Assembly (NCBI GenBank): GCA_951406725.2
Contig: CATOCA020000034.1
Span: 1 to 35,680, forward strand
DNA length: 35,680 nucleotides
DNA from: Octopus vulgaris
Lineage: Eukaryota
Direction: 5' to 3'
In this document: positions 24,299 through 34,630 of the stretch, piece by piece
Numbering within the stretch: position 1 is the first letter of the stretch
Layout: every line of letters starts with the position of its first letter
The notes under the pieces: generated by a model
What the model was told of the DNA's origin: nothing
The model's input: only the letters and a program-made list of their open reading frames with translations
Databases searched by the model: none
Made by a program: the position numbers and the translations under genes

Positions 24299-24669
24299 GT
24301 TAGGCCTTCTCATGTAAACTCAAGCTTTCTTATGCCTTGAACATAAGACCAAAGCAGAGAATGTATTCTTTTATTCTTCTGCTTTTTCCAGCCATTGGTC
24401 TGTGGCCATGCTGGGGCAATGCCTTGAAGAATTGTAGTTTAATGAATCAACTCCAGTTTTATTTTTGTAAGCATTGTACTTATTCTATCTGTTTCCTTTG
24501 TCAAACCACTAGGTGACAGGGGTGTAAACAAACCAACATTCGTTGTCAAGCAGTGGTGGAGGACAATCACAAGCACAGACACGCACACACACACACATAC
24601 ATGCATACACATATACACACATACATACATACATACATATATATATATATATGTGTGTATATATATATA

Positions 24670-24928
24670 TTGCAGCGTGGAAGGTGTTTGTAAGCCATTT
24701 AAGAAACACACAAAAACCGTTACATTCACTTCAACATTTAAATTTAATTTGCCAAAATATTTTCGTCGCTTTCAGACCGCGACCTGTTCACTGACAAAAA
24801 TATCGTGCTAACAGGTCGCGGTCTCAAAGTGACGAAAATATTTTGACAAATTAAATTTAAATGTTGAAGTGAATCTAACGCTTTTTGTGTGTTTCTTAAA
24901 TGGCTTATAAACACCTTCAACGCTGCAA
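24670..24928. repeat. Fold-back element, 119-bp arms with 21-nt spacer
   Basis: 24670-24788 is the near-perfect reverse complement of 24810-24928. Confidence 0.92.
24748..24798 (-). ncRNA. Variant hammerhead ribozyme with G3-C8 swapped core
   Basis: Minus strand: tttgtca-GTGAACA-g-gtcgc-ggtctgaaa-gcgac-GAAA-ata-TTT-tggcaaa. It has a 7-bp stem I, 5-bp stem II and palindromic stem III AATATT. Confidence 0.6.
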
Positions 24929-25090
24929 CTGTTTTCGTTCCATCACACGATCTCAGATCAAGTCACTTGCTATGCAAGTACATCCCTGTAACTATATATA
25001 TATTTATATATATATATATATGTGTATTGGTAAAAACAGTAAGATAACAAAAGAAAGAAAGAGACCTCAATATTATGTAAATAGAGGAAA

Positions 25091-25485
25091 TCTTTATATA
25101 TAAAAGTGAGGTTGTGTGTCTGTCTCCTACGATTTAGATTCCTAACTACTCCCACATTTTGCGGTGCAGTTTAACCAAAAGCGGGTATCTTATAGTCGTG
25201 ATTCATATCGAGACCGTCTGGGTATTAGCGCGCGTCTACGATGAGTCTACGATTTAAAAAAAATTTTACCATCAATTTTTCCCATTTTTAATCCATTTTT
25301 GACATATATAAGGGAAGTAACTCTCTAAAATTTATTATTAAATCTCAGAACGTAAAAAGCTACAGTAACACCCCTCCCCCTTTGTGGTTAGTCATATTGA
25401 GATGGCTATTATACCTTACATCTCTAAAAATGCTTATATAATTATTTCCCTTACAAACCCGAGCAACGCCGGGCGATACTGCTAG
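25091..25485 (+). mobile_element. Non-autonomous Helitron, family A
   Basis: A|TC 5' end, 3' hairpin CCCGAGCAACGCCGGG, then CTAG|T. No TSD. Confidence 0.88.
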
Positions 25486-25753
25486 TCTATTATAAAAGGC
25501 AGATTTTATCTGCCTCCCTTTGGGAGTTATACAAATCTACAATATAGGATTTCTTCAATTACAATTTACCTAGCAGTTTTAAGAGTACAACGCATCGCGT
25601 CATGCCAGGTCCAGTTTTTAAAATTTAAACTCCAATTAAGCAAAATTTACAGAAAACTCACATTCTGGTGTGTGTGTCAAATGCTTTTCTTAGTCTGGTT
25701 TACACCACACGCAAACGCACACACACAGTGGGCAACGAATAAAATGAAAGTAA
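25486..25753 (+). mobile_element. Repeat family B, probable Helitron 5' portion, directly behind a family A Helitron
   Basis: Copy of 23307-23577. Its first T is the T of the A|T target of the preceding Helitron. Confidence 0.55.
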
Positions 25754-25933
25754 ATGTAATATTTGTTTCTGTCTATCACGCTGATAGATACATGAGTAAA
25801 ATGTATGGGAAGCTAACAGATAACAGTGAGTGAAAATGTTCTTGGAAGAGAGTAAATTAGTGACAGTGATTTGAGGAAGACTAAACTGAAACTATGAAAC
25901 AGTGTTTATGTATAAACAGACGACACTTATATA

Positions 25934-26250
25934 AACCCTTTCGTTACCAAACCGCCCGAATTTACCTATTCATATTTAAATGAGAATATCAGAGTAAATC
26001 TCTTTAGTACATTCGTGAAAACACGTATTATACTTCGTAAACACTTCAAATACAGTTTTGTACAAAAATCGAAGTGTAATTTTAATTCCGTGAATTATGG
26101 GAGATTTTTTTCCGAAATTTGTTCCTATTGTGTTTTCAAAATTTGTAATTCTGACAAAAAATGGATACGAATTTCATTATATCAAGCAGCGAGTCAGAAT
26201 TCGAAGGATTTTCTACTGAAGACCTTCATAAATCTAACTCTATGACTGAA
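25934..26250 (+). mobile_element. Possible left end of a piggyBac-like DNA transposon
   Basis: Begins aaCCCTTTCGTTACC and is followed by an acidic ORF start, MDTNFIISSSESEFEGFSTEDL. No right TIR found. Confidence 0.35.
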
Positions 26251-26261
26251 AAAAAAAAGCA

Positions 26262-26655
26262 TCTTTATATAAGAGTGAAGTTGTGTGTCTGTCTCCTACG
26301 ATTAAGATTCCTAACTACTCCCACATTTTGCGGTGCAGTTTAACCAAAAGCGGGTATCTTATAGTCGTGATTCATATCGAGCCCTTCTAGGTATTAGCGT
26401 GCGTCTACGATGAGTCTACGATTTTTAAAAAATTTACCATCATATTTTTCCATTTTAATGCATTTTTTCGCTTTTATATAAGGGAAGTAACTCTCTAAAA
26501 ATATCTACGATGTGTCAACGATTTTAAAAAAATTTACCTTAATTTTTTTTCAATTTTTAATGCATTTTTTTGCTATTTTTTGGCTATAACTCTCTAAAAA
26601 TGCTTATATAGTTATTTCCCTTACAAACCCGAGCAACGCCGGGCGATACTGCTAG
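26262..26655 (+). mobile_element. Non-autonomous Helitron, family A
   Basis: Same termini (A|TC...CCCGAGCAACGCCGGG..CTAG|T), with a different internal repeat arrangement. Confidence 0.88.
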
Positions 26656-26858
26656 TACATAACAAAAGCACCAGGACTTACAAATATATACAACATACAG
26701 AAAATTGCACTACTGGACACTGCACACATCCTACGCAAAACACTTTCAATAAAGTAACCATCAGATTATCACAACAAACCACAGCACATACCCAAGGCAC
26801 ACAGAGCTGCGATCGGTAGTGAAGTGAAAGCACGCTATAAAAATAAAACTACTGCTTA

Positions 26859-26860
<2 letters not shown>
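26656..26860 (+). mobile_element. 3' end of an R4/Dong-like non-LTR retrotransposon
   Basis: 26656-26757 encodes YITKAPGLTNIYNIQKIALLDTAHILRKTLSIK*, resembling the QK.ALLGTAHILRK.L terminus. A short UTR follows, then (TAA)n, the known Dong target. Confidence 0.65.
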
Positions 26861-26895
<35 letters not shown>

Positions 26896-26984
26896 TAACA
26901 GTAATAATAATGACAATGATGATGATGATGACAATAATGATGACAATGATGATGATGATGACGAATAATAATAATAATATCAGC

Positions 26985-27088
26985 AACCTCGAAAACTATC
27001 TCAGGAATGAGAACCCAGGTTCGAAATTTGGCCATCAGCCGAAACGTTGCGCTAACAACAAACAAGATGCGTCGAATGTAAATAATTT
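26985..27088 (+). mobile_element. Internally deleted copy of the HHR tail of the 22901-23226 family
   Basis: It retains aggaatgagaacccaggttcgaaattt...atcagccGAAACGTTg..aacaacaaacaagatg. The CTGAAGA half is deleted. Confidence 0.7.
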
Positions 27089-27163
27089 TCCTGTTTTGTT
27101 AGCATTCAGAAATGTGTCGTAAAGTGTCTCATGTTCTGCTATTCAATTTTATTTTATTTCATG

Positions 27164-27562
27164 TACATTGGCGAAAAGAAATCTAAGACCGATGATAAAA
27201 GTTCTATTTCTTACCAAATATTCTGTTACTGACATCCATACAAATTATTTCCATCTTTTTACACCTTATGCAGAATTTATTTCTCTTTCGAATGATGCAG
27301 ACAATAACTATTTTTATACAACTTGAAGAATTCTAATGCTAAATTAATATAAACGTTTCAAATTTACCGGCAAAATACAAAAAAGTTGTATAAAATTCTT
27401 CAAGTTGTATAAAAATAGTTATTGTCTGCATCATTCGAAAGAGAAATAAATTCTGCATAAGGTGTAAAAAGATGGAAATAATTTGTATGGATGTCAGTAA
27501 CAGAATATTTGGTAAGAAATAGAACTTTTATCATCGGTCTTAAATTTTTTTTCGCCAATGTA
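27164..27562. repeat. Inverted repeat, 169-bp arms with 61-bp spacer
   Basis: 27164-27332 is the near-perfect reverse complement of 27394-27562. Confidence 0.92.
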
Positions 27563-28215
27563 TTTATTTTTGTACATTTAATCATTTGAATTCTTTTAAA
27601 ATTCAAACTTCTTTCCTTATCGTTATTTCCGAATCTGTTAGCAAATAATTAAAGAAAGAGAGGGAAAAAACTAAAAGAAAAAGATAGATTTGGCTGTTAT
27701 TTCTAGCTTTTACGAAAGACCACCTGGTCCTTTTTCGAGAGTCGTGCGTCTAACTAAATATGAGCGCAGCCCTTCTCCTGACAAAGACTACCTAAGCAGA
27801 CGATATTTTGTGTGCGTGTGACTCTGTCTGTGTGTGCGTGTGTATGTGACTGTATATGAGACTGTGTGTATTTAGTGTGTGCGAATAAATTTGGTGGGAG
27901 GGGTCCAGTCGATTAGATCAACCCCAGTACGCAACTGGTACTTAATTTATCGACCCCGAAATGATGAAAGGCAAAGTCGACCTCGGCGGAATTTATTATA
28001 ATCGTATTTTATGCTGTTTGGAAGTTGTTTCTGTAAAATTCCACCAAAAGATATCCATTTTCCTTAAAGTCATCATGACCGGGGCTTAAACTTTTTATAA
28101 TATCCATCTTGTTACAGGTGTGTTAATTAATAAGGCATTAAAACAGAATGACTCTCCACAGACACAATTTAATTAAATACATTGCGTTGTAATTAAAAAA
28201 CGAAAATTAACTTAC

Positions 28216-28298
28216 CACTGAAGTGATTCTATTATCTGTATGAAATGTAGACTTTCTTATTGTATTGTGGCATGTAGCACCTGTCCTGTCAACAAAAT
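28216..28298 (-). other. Putative non-coding exon 1 (5' UTR) of the TNFR-like gene
   Basis: Starts at an Inr-like TCA(+1)TTT at 28298 and ends at the strong donor GTG|gtaagt at 28216. Its link to exon 2 is inferred. Confidence 0.5.
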
Positions 28299-28332
28299 GA
28301 ATATCGGATACCGCCGAACTCTGATTTATATA
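28295..28332 (-). promoter_or_regulatory. Putative core promoter: TATA box plus initiator
   Basis: The minus strand reads TATATAAA (28332-28325). The first T of TATAAA is 32 nt upstream of the A in TCATTT (28298), close to canonical TATA-Inr spacing. Confidence 0.5.
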
Positions 28333-28400
28333 GTCACAAAAGTTGGTGAATAATTTTAGTCACTCTATATGTTCAAAGTTGCTGTTGCATGCACTAAGTC

Positions 28401-28414
28401 CAGGATTCCCAGAA
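28401..28414. promoter_or_regulatory. STAT (GAS)-type site overlapping a partial kB-like site
   Basis: TTCCCAGAA (28406-28414) matches TTCN3GAA and overlaps GGATTCCC. It lies about 110 bp upstream of the putative TSS. Short motif, could be chance. Confidence 0.3.
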
Positions 28415-28554
28415 ACGCGTAATAATACCATGAGTAAAATCGATTATGTTCTTTTCTTTTTTTTTTATTTGTAAAACCTTTTTTTTTTCTTTTTTGCAAA
28501 AACTTTTTTTTTTTGTTTTCAGCAAAACTTTTTCGTCGTATTTCCGTCCTTGCG

Positions 28555-28842
28555 ATGAGACTGTGGTTTTGTGTGTTTATGAGACTGTGTGTGTGCGTGT
28601 ATGAGACTGTGTGTAGGTTTGTGTGTTTATGAGACTGTGTGTGTGCGTGTATGAGACTGTGTGTAGGTTTGTGTGTTTATGAGACTGTGTGCGTGCGTGT
28701 ATCAGACTGTGTGTGTGGGTTTGTGTGTTTATGATACTGTGTGTGTGGGCGCGCGCGTGTATGGGGACTCTGCGTGCGTGCGTGTATGAGGCTATGTGTA
28801 TGTATGTGCGCGCGCGCGCGTGTATGAGACTGTGTGTGTGTG
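28555..28842 (+). repeat. Degenerate (ATGAGAC-TG rich) minisatellite
   Basis: atgagactgtgtgt.. units of 20-30 bp. Confidence 0.8.
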
Positions 28843-29110
28843 CGTATAAATTTGGTGGGAGGGGTTCAGTCTATTAGATCGACTCTAGTGCGCAACTGGG
28901 ATATTATAAAAAGTATTGATAATATTGATGTGCGGTCAATATACAGTTCAAGCCCCGGTCATGACGACTATAAGGAAAATGGATATCTTTTGGTGGAATT
29001 TTACAGAAACAACTTCCAAACAGCATAAAATACGATTATAATAAATTCCGCCGAGGTCGACTTTGCCTTTCATCCTTTCGGGGTCGATAAATTTAGTACC
29101 CCATCCTTGC

Positions 29111-29241
29111 GGGATCTTTTCTCTTTGAGCGGCAGATTTTTAAAATAATTTCTTTGTAACTCTACCAGGATACGAAGTTTAACATTTTTTAGTTACAAAG
29201 AAATTATTTTAAAAATCTGCCGGTCAAAGCGAAAAGATCCC
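29111..29241. mobile_element. Small MITE-like hairpin, 51-bp TIRs
   Basis: GGGATCTTTTC...TTTGTAACT (29111-29161) pairs with AGTTACAAAG...GAAAAGATCCC (29191-29241). Confidence 0.8.
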
Positions 29242-29870
29242 CATCTTGTTACAAGTGTGTTAATTAATAAAGCATTAAAACAGAATGACTCTCCACAGAC
29301 ACAATTTAATTAAATACATTGCGTTGTAATTAAAAAACGAAAATTAACTTACCACTGAAGTGATTCTATTATCAGAATGAAAGATAGACTTTCTTATTGT
29401 ATTGGTACGGTTAGGGTTAATGTTAGGATTTTAGGTTTAGGGTTAGGGTTTTAGGGTTAGGGTTAGTGTTGGGGGAAAATGTCAAAATTGAAGAATTGGG
29501 GTGGGGGGACAACGGGGTGGAATTTAACAATGCTGGTTTTTGTCAATTTTCCGGAACCTCCCTATATGAAAACGGGGGTTTTTGGCAAAAAGAACTTTTC
29601 TAAATAAACAGATTTGTGAGAAAATGGTAGTGGGGGACGGGCGGAAGTCTTTCCATAATCGCTTAGATCTTGTAGATTGAGTGTGTGTAAAGATTTGTTT
29701 GGAAAAACATTTCGGAGGAATTGGGAAGAGGAGTTTCGGAAAATTCACACAACCGGACATTTTACTCCTCATAACTTTCTGGAAAATGTGTATCTTTGGA
29801 GCTTCTTTTTTTTTATGTGTTTTTATGACCACATGTATACTGTAGCCTATGGTTTTGTAATGCACAGGAA

Positions 29871-31500
29871 CTAGGGTTGCCAACTCTGTTAAACTACAAT
29901 AAAGGACATGAAAAACTTTAATGATATACAAGTGCACAAATTTTTATTTGGTTCCTATAAATCATAACAGATGCCAATATTAAATGCAGTTCAAAATTAC
30001 ATTTCTCTTATCTAAATGAAAATACAAAAACAAAAGACCAAGAAGACTTTTATTTTACTTTGATCAAAAGATTCGAATCTTTAAGACTATATTTGCCCTG
30101 GTTTTTTGCTGGCTTCTGAAAATTTGTATCTTCTTTGATGTTTTTAGCAAATTCCAAGCAACTATCTTTTATGTTAAAATATAAGAGAAATTCATTCTCA
30201 ATTAATTCTACAAAGCATCGGTTCCTTTCATCTCACCATTTAGATGGCATTAAACTAAAAACTCTCTCACAATAAGATGATGTTCCAGGAATTCAAAGGA
30301 CAAAAGAAACTATTTTGAAAACATTGATACATTTAAAGTCTAAAGATTTCAAAGTCTAAAACCTGAAACTCTTCCCCAGTCAAGTTGCAAATTGTCCAAA
30401 GTCTGGAACATCTAAAACATTCCATCGGCACTTTCATCAGCATTCTCAAAACAGTCAATAATGTAGTTCACTGCACCATATTCCATATTGAAATATTGAA
30501 CACATATGGGAAATATTTCCCTGTTTTTGTGGTTAGAAGCATCAATTTGAAGGCAAAACTATAGAGGAGGATCCTGTTGTTTCAAATCTTTCAATGCTAC
30601 TTTTAATGCTTTTTTTTTTATCTAAAACATTCGTAACTATGGCCTTCGATTTGGTCCGACCACAAGATATATCTTTCCAGCTACTTTGGAATCCCAGGAA
30701 AGTTTTGAATTCATTTTCAAGCTACAATCAAGGGAGTTGTAGCAATGATTGTGTTTAACTGCAGGATATATATCTGAGCAATTATATTATTCTTCTTTTC
30801 TATTGGCTTTTATGGAAAATTTATCAAAGATTTGGAAACTGAAGCATCGCAGTTACTTTTATGACTATTGGAAGTCTTATGTTGTTTGATAGCTACAACA
30901 CCCATATGACCAATTTTAAAGGTACCATTGCTAACCAACCACATGGTTCAGGGTTCAGTCCCACTGCGTGGCACCTAGGGCAAGTGTCTTCTGCTATAGC
31001 CCCGGGCCGACCAATGCCTTGTGAGTGGATTTGGTAGACAGAAAACTGAAAGAAGCCTGTCGGATATATGTATATATATATAAGTGTGTGTGTATATGTT
31101 TGTGTGTCTGTGTTTGTCCCCCTAGCATTGCTTGACAACCGATGCTGGTGTGTTTACGTCCCTGTCACTTAGCGGTTTGGCAAAAGAGACTGATAGAATA
31201 AGTACTGGGCTTACAAAAAATAAGTCCCGAGGTCGATTTGCTCGACTAAAGGCGGTGCTCAAGCATGGCCGCAGTCAATGACTGAAACAAGTAAAGGAGT
31301 AAGAGTAAAGAGTAACACTCATATGGCCAATTTGAAAGGTACCATTACAAATAATGCACTTTGCCTCTTGTGGATTATTAGTTGCTGCCAACCATTCTCA
31401 CTCCTTTTTCCAGTCTTTGTTATATGAGCACAATCTCTTCTTTTTCACTGAGGGTTCCATCACTACAAAATATTAAGGAGTCACTGCAGTCCCGCCTTAC
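29871..31500 (-). mobile_element. Decayed hAT transposon interrupted by a SINE (right boundary approximate)
   Basis: TIR-like TAGGGTTGCCAAC at 29871. Minus-strand remnants ISCGRTKSKAIVTNVL, QIDASNHKNREIFPICVQYF and PGTSSYCERV..SLMPSKW.DERNR (dimerisation motif). Confidence 0.75.
30930..31313 (+). mobile_element. 5'-truncated SINE family 1 with 33-bp target-site duplication
   Basis: Flanked by 30897-30929 and 31314-31346, which differ at 3 positions. Confidence 0.88.
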
Positions 31501-32399
31501 TAATGTATTAAATCCGTGTGAAAGAAAATGATTGATTTAGCATTGAAATAAAATATATATGTTGTGAAACAGGATCTAGAGTTGATGCATGCACTTCAAG
31601 CAGGCCAAGAAAAGGGTCAATGATCAATCATATCCGCACACTCGCACAGACATTGTTAGAAGATATTTCAAATAATATGTGAATATAGCTTAGGCTATGG
31701 TAGGTCTATTTAGCTTCTGGAAAAGCAAATTATGCTAGAACATAAAGCCCAGAATTTCTTATAACTTCAAACTCCTGAAATTAACTTACTTAAAAAAAAC
31801 ATTCTCTAGCCTAGTTCTTGGCCATTTAATGGGGTGGGGTGCAAGAGAACTAGCATCCAACTGAATGAGCAACAAGCACTGGGCCTCACAGGCTCACGAT
31901 GATGTCACTAGCTGTATTGAATTTGATAATGATAATTACTAATTATAATTTTTCACCAACCATGACAATATTAAACAAAAAGATACTATATGGCCCAACA
32001 AACATGTATCTAGAAGGCGCATAACTTGAGAACTGTGAACTGAAATCGAAATGCTAGCACTTGAAAAGTTGGGCCTAATCAGTACATTCTTGTAACAATG
32101 TCAAAATGATCATGTCTCGAAAACACACTTTCAATTAATATTGTTATCTGATAATAACGTGAAATATTGGCACTACTATTACAAGTTTTCTCACATCAAT
32201 TTCACTGTTCTTCTTGTATTTCTAACAAAATTATGGCTCGATTTTGTGAAGGGCCTCATCACGACCTTGTATAATATGGCATATTTGTTTTTGTTCTTCT
32301 TCTTCTTCATGAGCCCCAGTTCAGTTCTGGAAACATGGGCATTTCATTCAACATCCTTAAACAACTCTTGGGCTACTCAACCTAAAGAAAATTCTAACT

Positions 32400-32586
32400 G
32401 GGCCCCACCTGCAAGGTCATGCACTGTTTATCTTGACATGAGACCACCATGTCATACACATATGGTTGCGATGCATGTGCCTGATGTACCCTTATCAGAC
32501 AGGTACCTATGATGGGTATACTGGGCTTCATATATTTTACCCGTGTCACTTTGATGGCATGTACTGCTCTCTCACTCAACAACAAC

Positions 32587-32618
<32 letters not shown>

Positions 32619-32620
32619 TA
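32400..32620 (+). mobile_element. Probable SINE 3' part with (AAC/AAT)n tail
   Basis: Ends ...gtcactttgatggcatgtactgctctctcactc followed by (AAC)(AAT)n. Single copy in the window; recognised from memory only. Confidence 0.45.
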
Positions 32621-32874
32621 ATAGTGCAGTTGTGGTAGCTGTAGTGTTGCAACATTGGTTGTAGTATTGTTGTGTTGGTTGTAGTGTTTTGGTGGTGCTT
32701 GTTGTTGACTTCAGTGAAAACATTAACCTTTCAGCATCTCATACAAGGAAATATACAATGCAATGTTGTAATATTGATGCCTTCCCCAAAAAACAAACGA
32801 TGACTGTTTAATAACATCTAATGTGATGCTTAATAACATTTAATGTGATGTTGTGATCTTGATGCCTTTTTTAA

Positions 32875-33320
32875 CCTCTTCAGTCACTTTGTACAGTGTA
32901 ATGAACAATTTTTCAGCATAAATTACAAAATAAATATAAAATATAATTGAGTCACAGTTACCAATTCCTTGGACACCTCAAAGATGCTGACTATATAGAC
33001 AGATTGTCAGGATGTTTCTCTGGGATTGGTCAAATTTATGGAGACACCTCTGAGGAGAGTCCAAGACCATGTGATTCTGACTCTGTGTTTACTCACAAGC
33101 CATAGAAGATGGCTGAGTTTTCTCATAAATCTCACAGATGTAAGTAAATTGGTATTGTTTTAAACTAGTATTAGCAAAATTTTTATTTGTCCATGCCAAA
33201 AATTAAGCATATTAAATATGGAATCCTTTAAAAATTGACTCAATATTGTGATTTACCTGTATTTTGGTATAGATAAAGAATTAAAAAATAGTTTTGCTTT
33301 TTTATCCATGACTGAAGGGG
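32875..33320. mobile_element. piggyBac-type non-autonomous element
   Basis: TTAA|CCTCTTCAGTCA ... TGACTGAAGGGG|TTAA: 12-bp TIRs with one mismatch and a TTAA TSD. Confidence 0.72.
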
Positions 33321-33894
33321 TTAAAGAATATATGTAAGTTATAGAGTAGCTATATAAACAGAGCAAATTTAGTTATTTCTCTGCAGGTTGAAAAAAATAT
33401 GAACAACTTTGACTGATTTTCGGACCTTATTGAACTCTCCTCAGAGGTGTCTACATAAATTTTACCAATCCCAGAGAAACAAACTGCTAACCTGCTTATA
33501 TTGTCAACAATTACAGTAGCTACAGAAAACTGGCGCAACTAATTTGCATAGCATAAGTGTTTAAATTTTATTAATACTAAGGGTCTGTCAATGGGGGCAC
33601 ATATATATGTATATATATATTTATAAAGGTAAGTTCAATTAGAGGTTATAAAAACTGTCTAAGGGATATTTATGCCCAATGAATTACTGGTATCTTACCA
33701 ATATGTGATTATGAGTATTAGTGTCAATGCTCATAAATGATTGGTAAAGAAAGAAATAAACTGAAGTTTATCTATAAGGGAAAATAAGAAAATGGAGATA
33801 AAATTGATAATTGATTAACATCAATTATCATTTGATTACAAAAACAGATGAGATATTGTCTTTTTTGTAATCAATAAACAATAACTGATTATTT

Positions 33895-34630
33895 AGGGCA
33901 AGGTGAATCGTTAGCACGCTGGGCAAAATGTGTAATGGTATTTCGTCCACGGTTACTTTTTGAGTTCAAATTCCATGGAGGTTGACTTTGCCTTTCATTC
34001 TTTCAGGGTTGATAAATCAAGTACCAGTTGCGTACTGGGGGTAATCTAATCGACTGGTTTCCTACCCATCAAAAAAAATTTCAGACCTTGTGTCTAGAAT
34101 GAAAACAAAATATATCATACTTAAAGCAGTGAAATGGCAGAAACGTTAACATGCTGGGCGAAATACTTAGTGGTATTTCAACTGTCTCTACATTCTGAGT
34201 TCAAATTCTGCCGAGGTCAACTTTGCATTTCATCCTTTCGGGGTTGATTAAATAAGTACCAGTTATGCACTGGAGTTGATCTTATCGACTTAATCCATTT
34301 GAGTGTCCTTGTTTGCCTCCTCTATCTTTAGCTCCTTGTGGGCAATAAAAAAAATGAATATTCTGTAACAATGCTGACTGTTTCAATTGTTCAGAAAGTG
34401 CTTGAATATTTTAAGACACTGCGCTGGCAGAAACGTTAGCTTGTCGGGCGAAATGCTTAGCGGTATTTTGTCTGTCTTCACGTTCTGAGTTCAAATTCCA
34501 CCGAGGTCAACTTTGCCTTTCATCCTTTCGGGGTCGATAAATTAAGCATCATTTGTGTCCTAGGGTCGATTCAATCGACTGGCCCCTCCCCACCAAAAAA
34601 TTTGGGGCTTTGTGCCAAAAGTAGAAAAGT
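33895..34630 (+). mobile_element. Cluster of three SINE family 2 copies (Meta-domain-like core)
   Basis: Three copies of tggcagaaacgttagc...gagttcaaattc.gccgaggtcaactttgcctttcatcctttcggggtcgataaa..agtaccag. Other copies lie at about 3855-3978, 5205-5416, 15975-16187 (-), 27880-27993 (-) and 29043-29100. Confidence 0.82.

Larger units (their letters stand above)
4588..28298 (-). other. Multi-exon gene for a TNF receptor superfamily-like type I membrane protein (3' end probably outside the window)
   Basis: Ten coding exons with pyrimidine-tract/AG acceptors and GT donors join in frame (874 nt = 291 codons + 1): MKAPASIIFIVYLFYQVSRVSG-VCPEGQLEHGDKCCKPVTHCPSGSYVKTCERNGSCDKCLPCPSG...CQPGLELNFRGRCETCADDHYK...CIKQMDCFRIRLSKIPGNHTIPATC...stalk...TVYACIAVICVLFIITVILIAYIVRIKLQSRWK. 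The Cys spacing (CC..C, C..G.Y, CxxC, GN.T..xC) resembles TNFR cysteine-rich domains. Confidence 0.85.

Noticed and set aside
29410-29466. True telomere or chromosome fusion site
   Set aside because: The tract is short, degenerate and embedded in a dispersed repeat present three times in the window.
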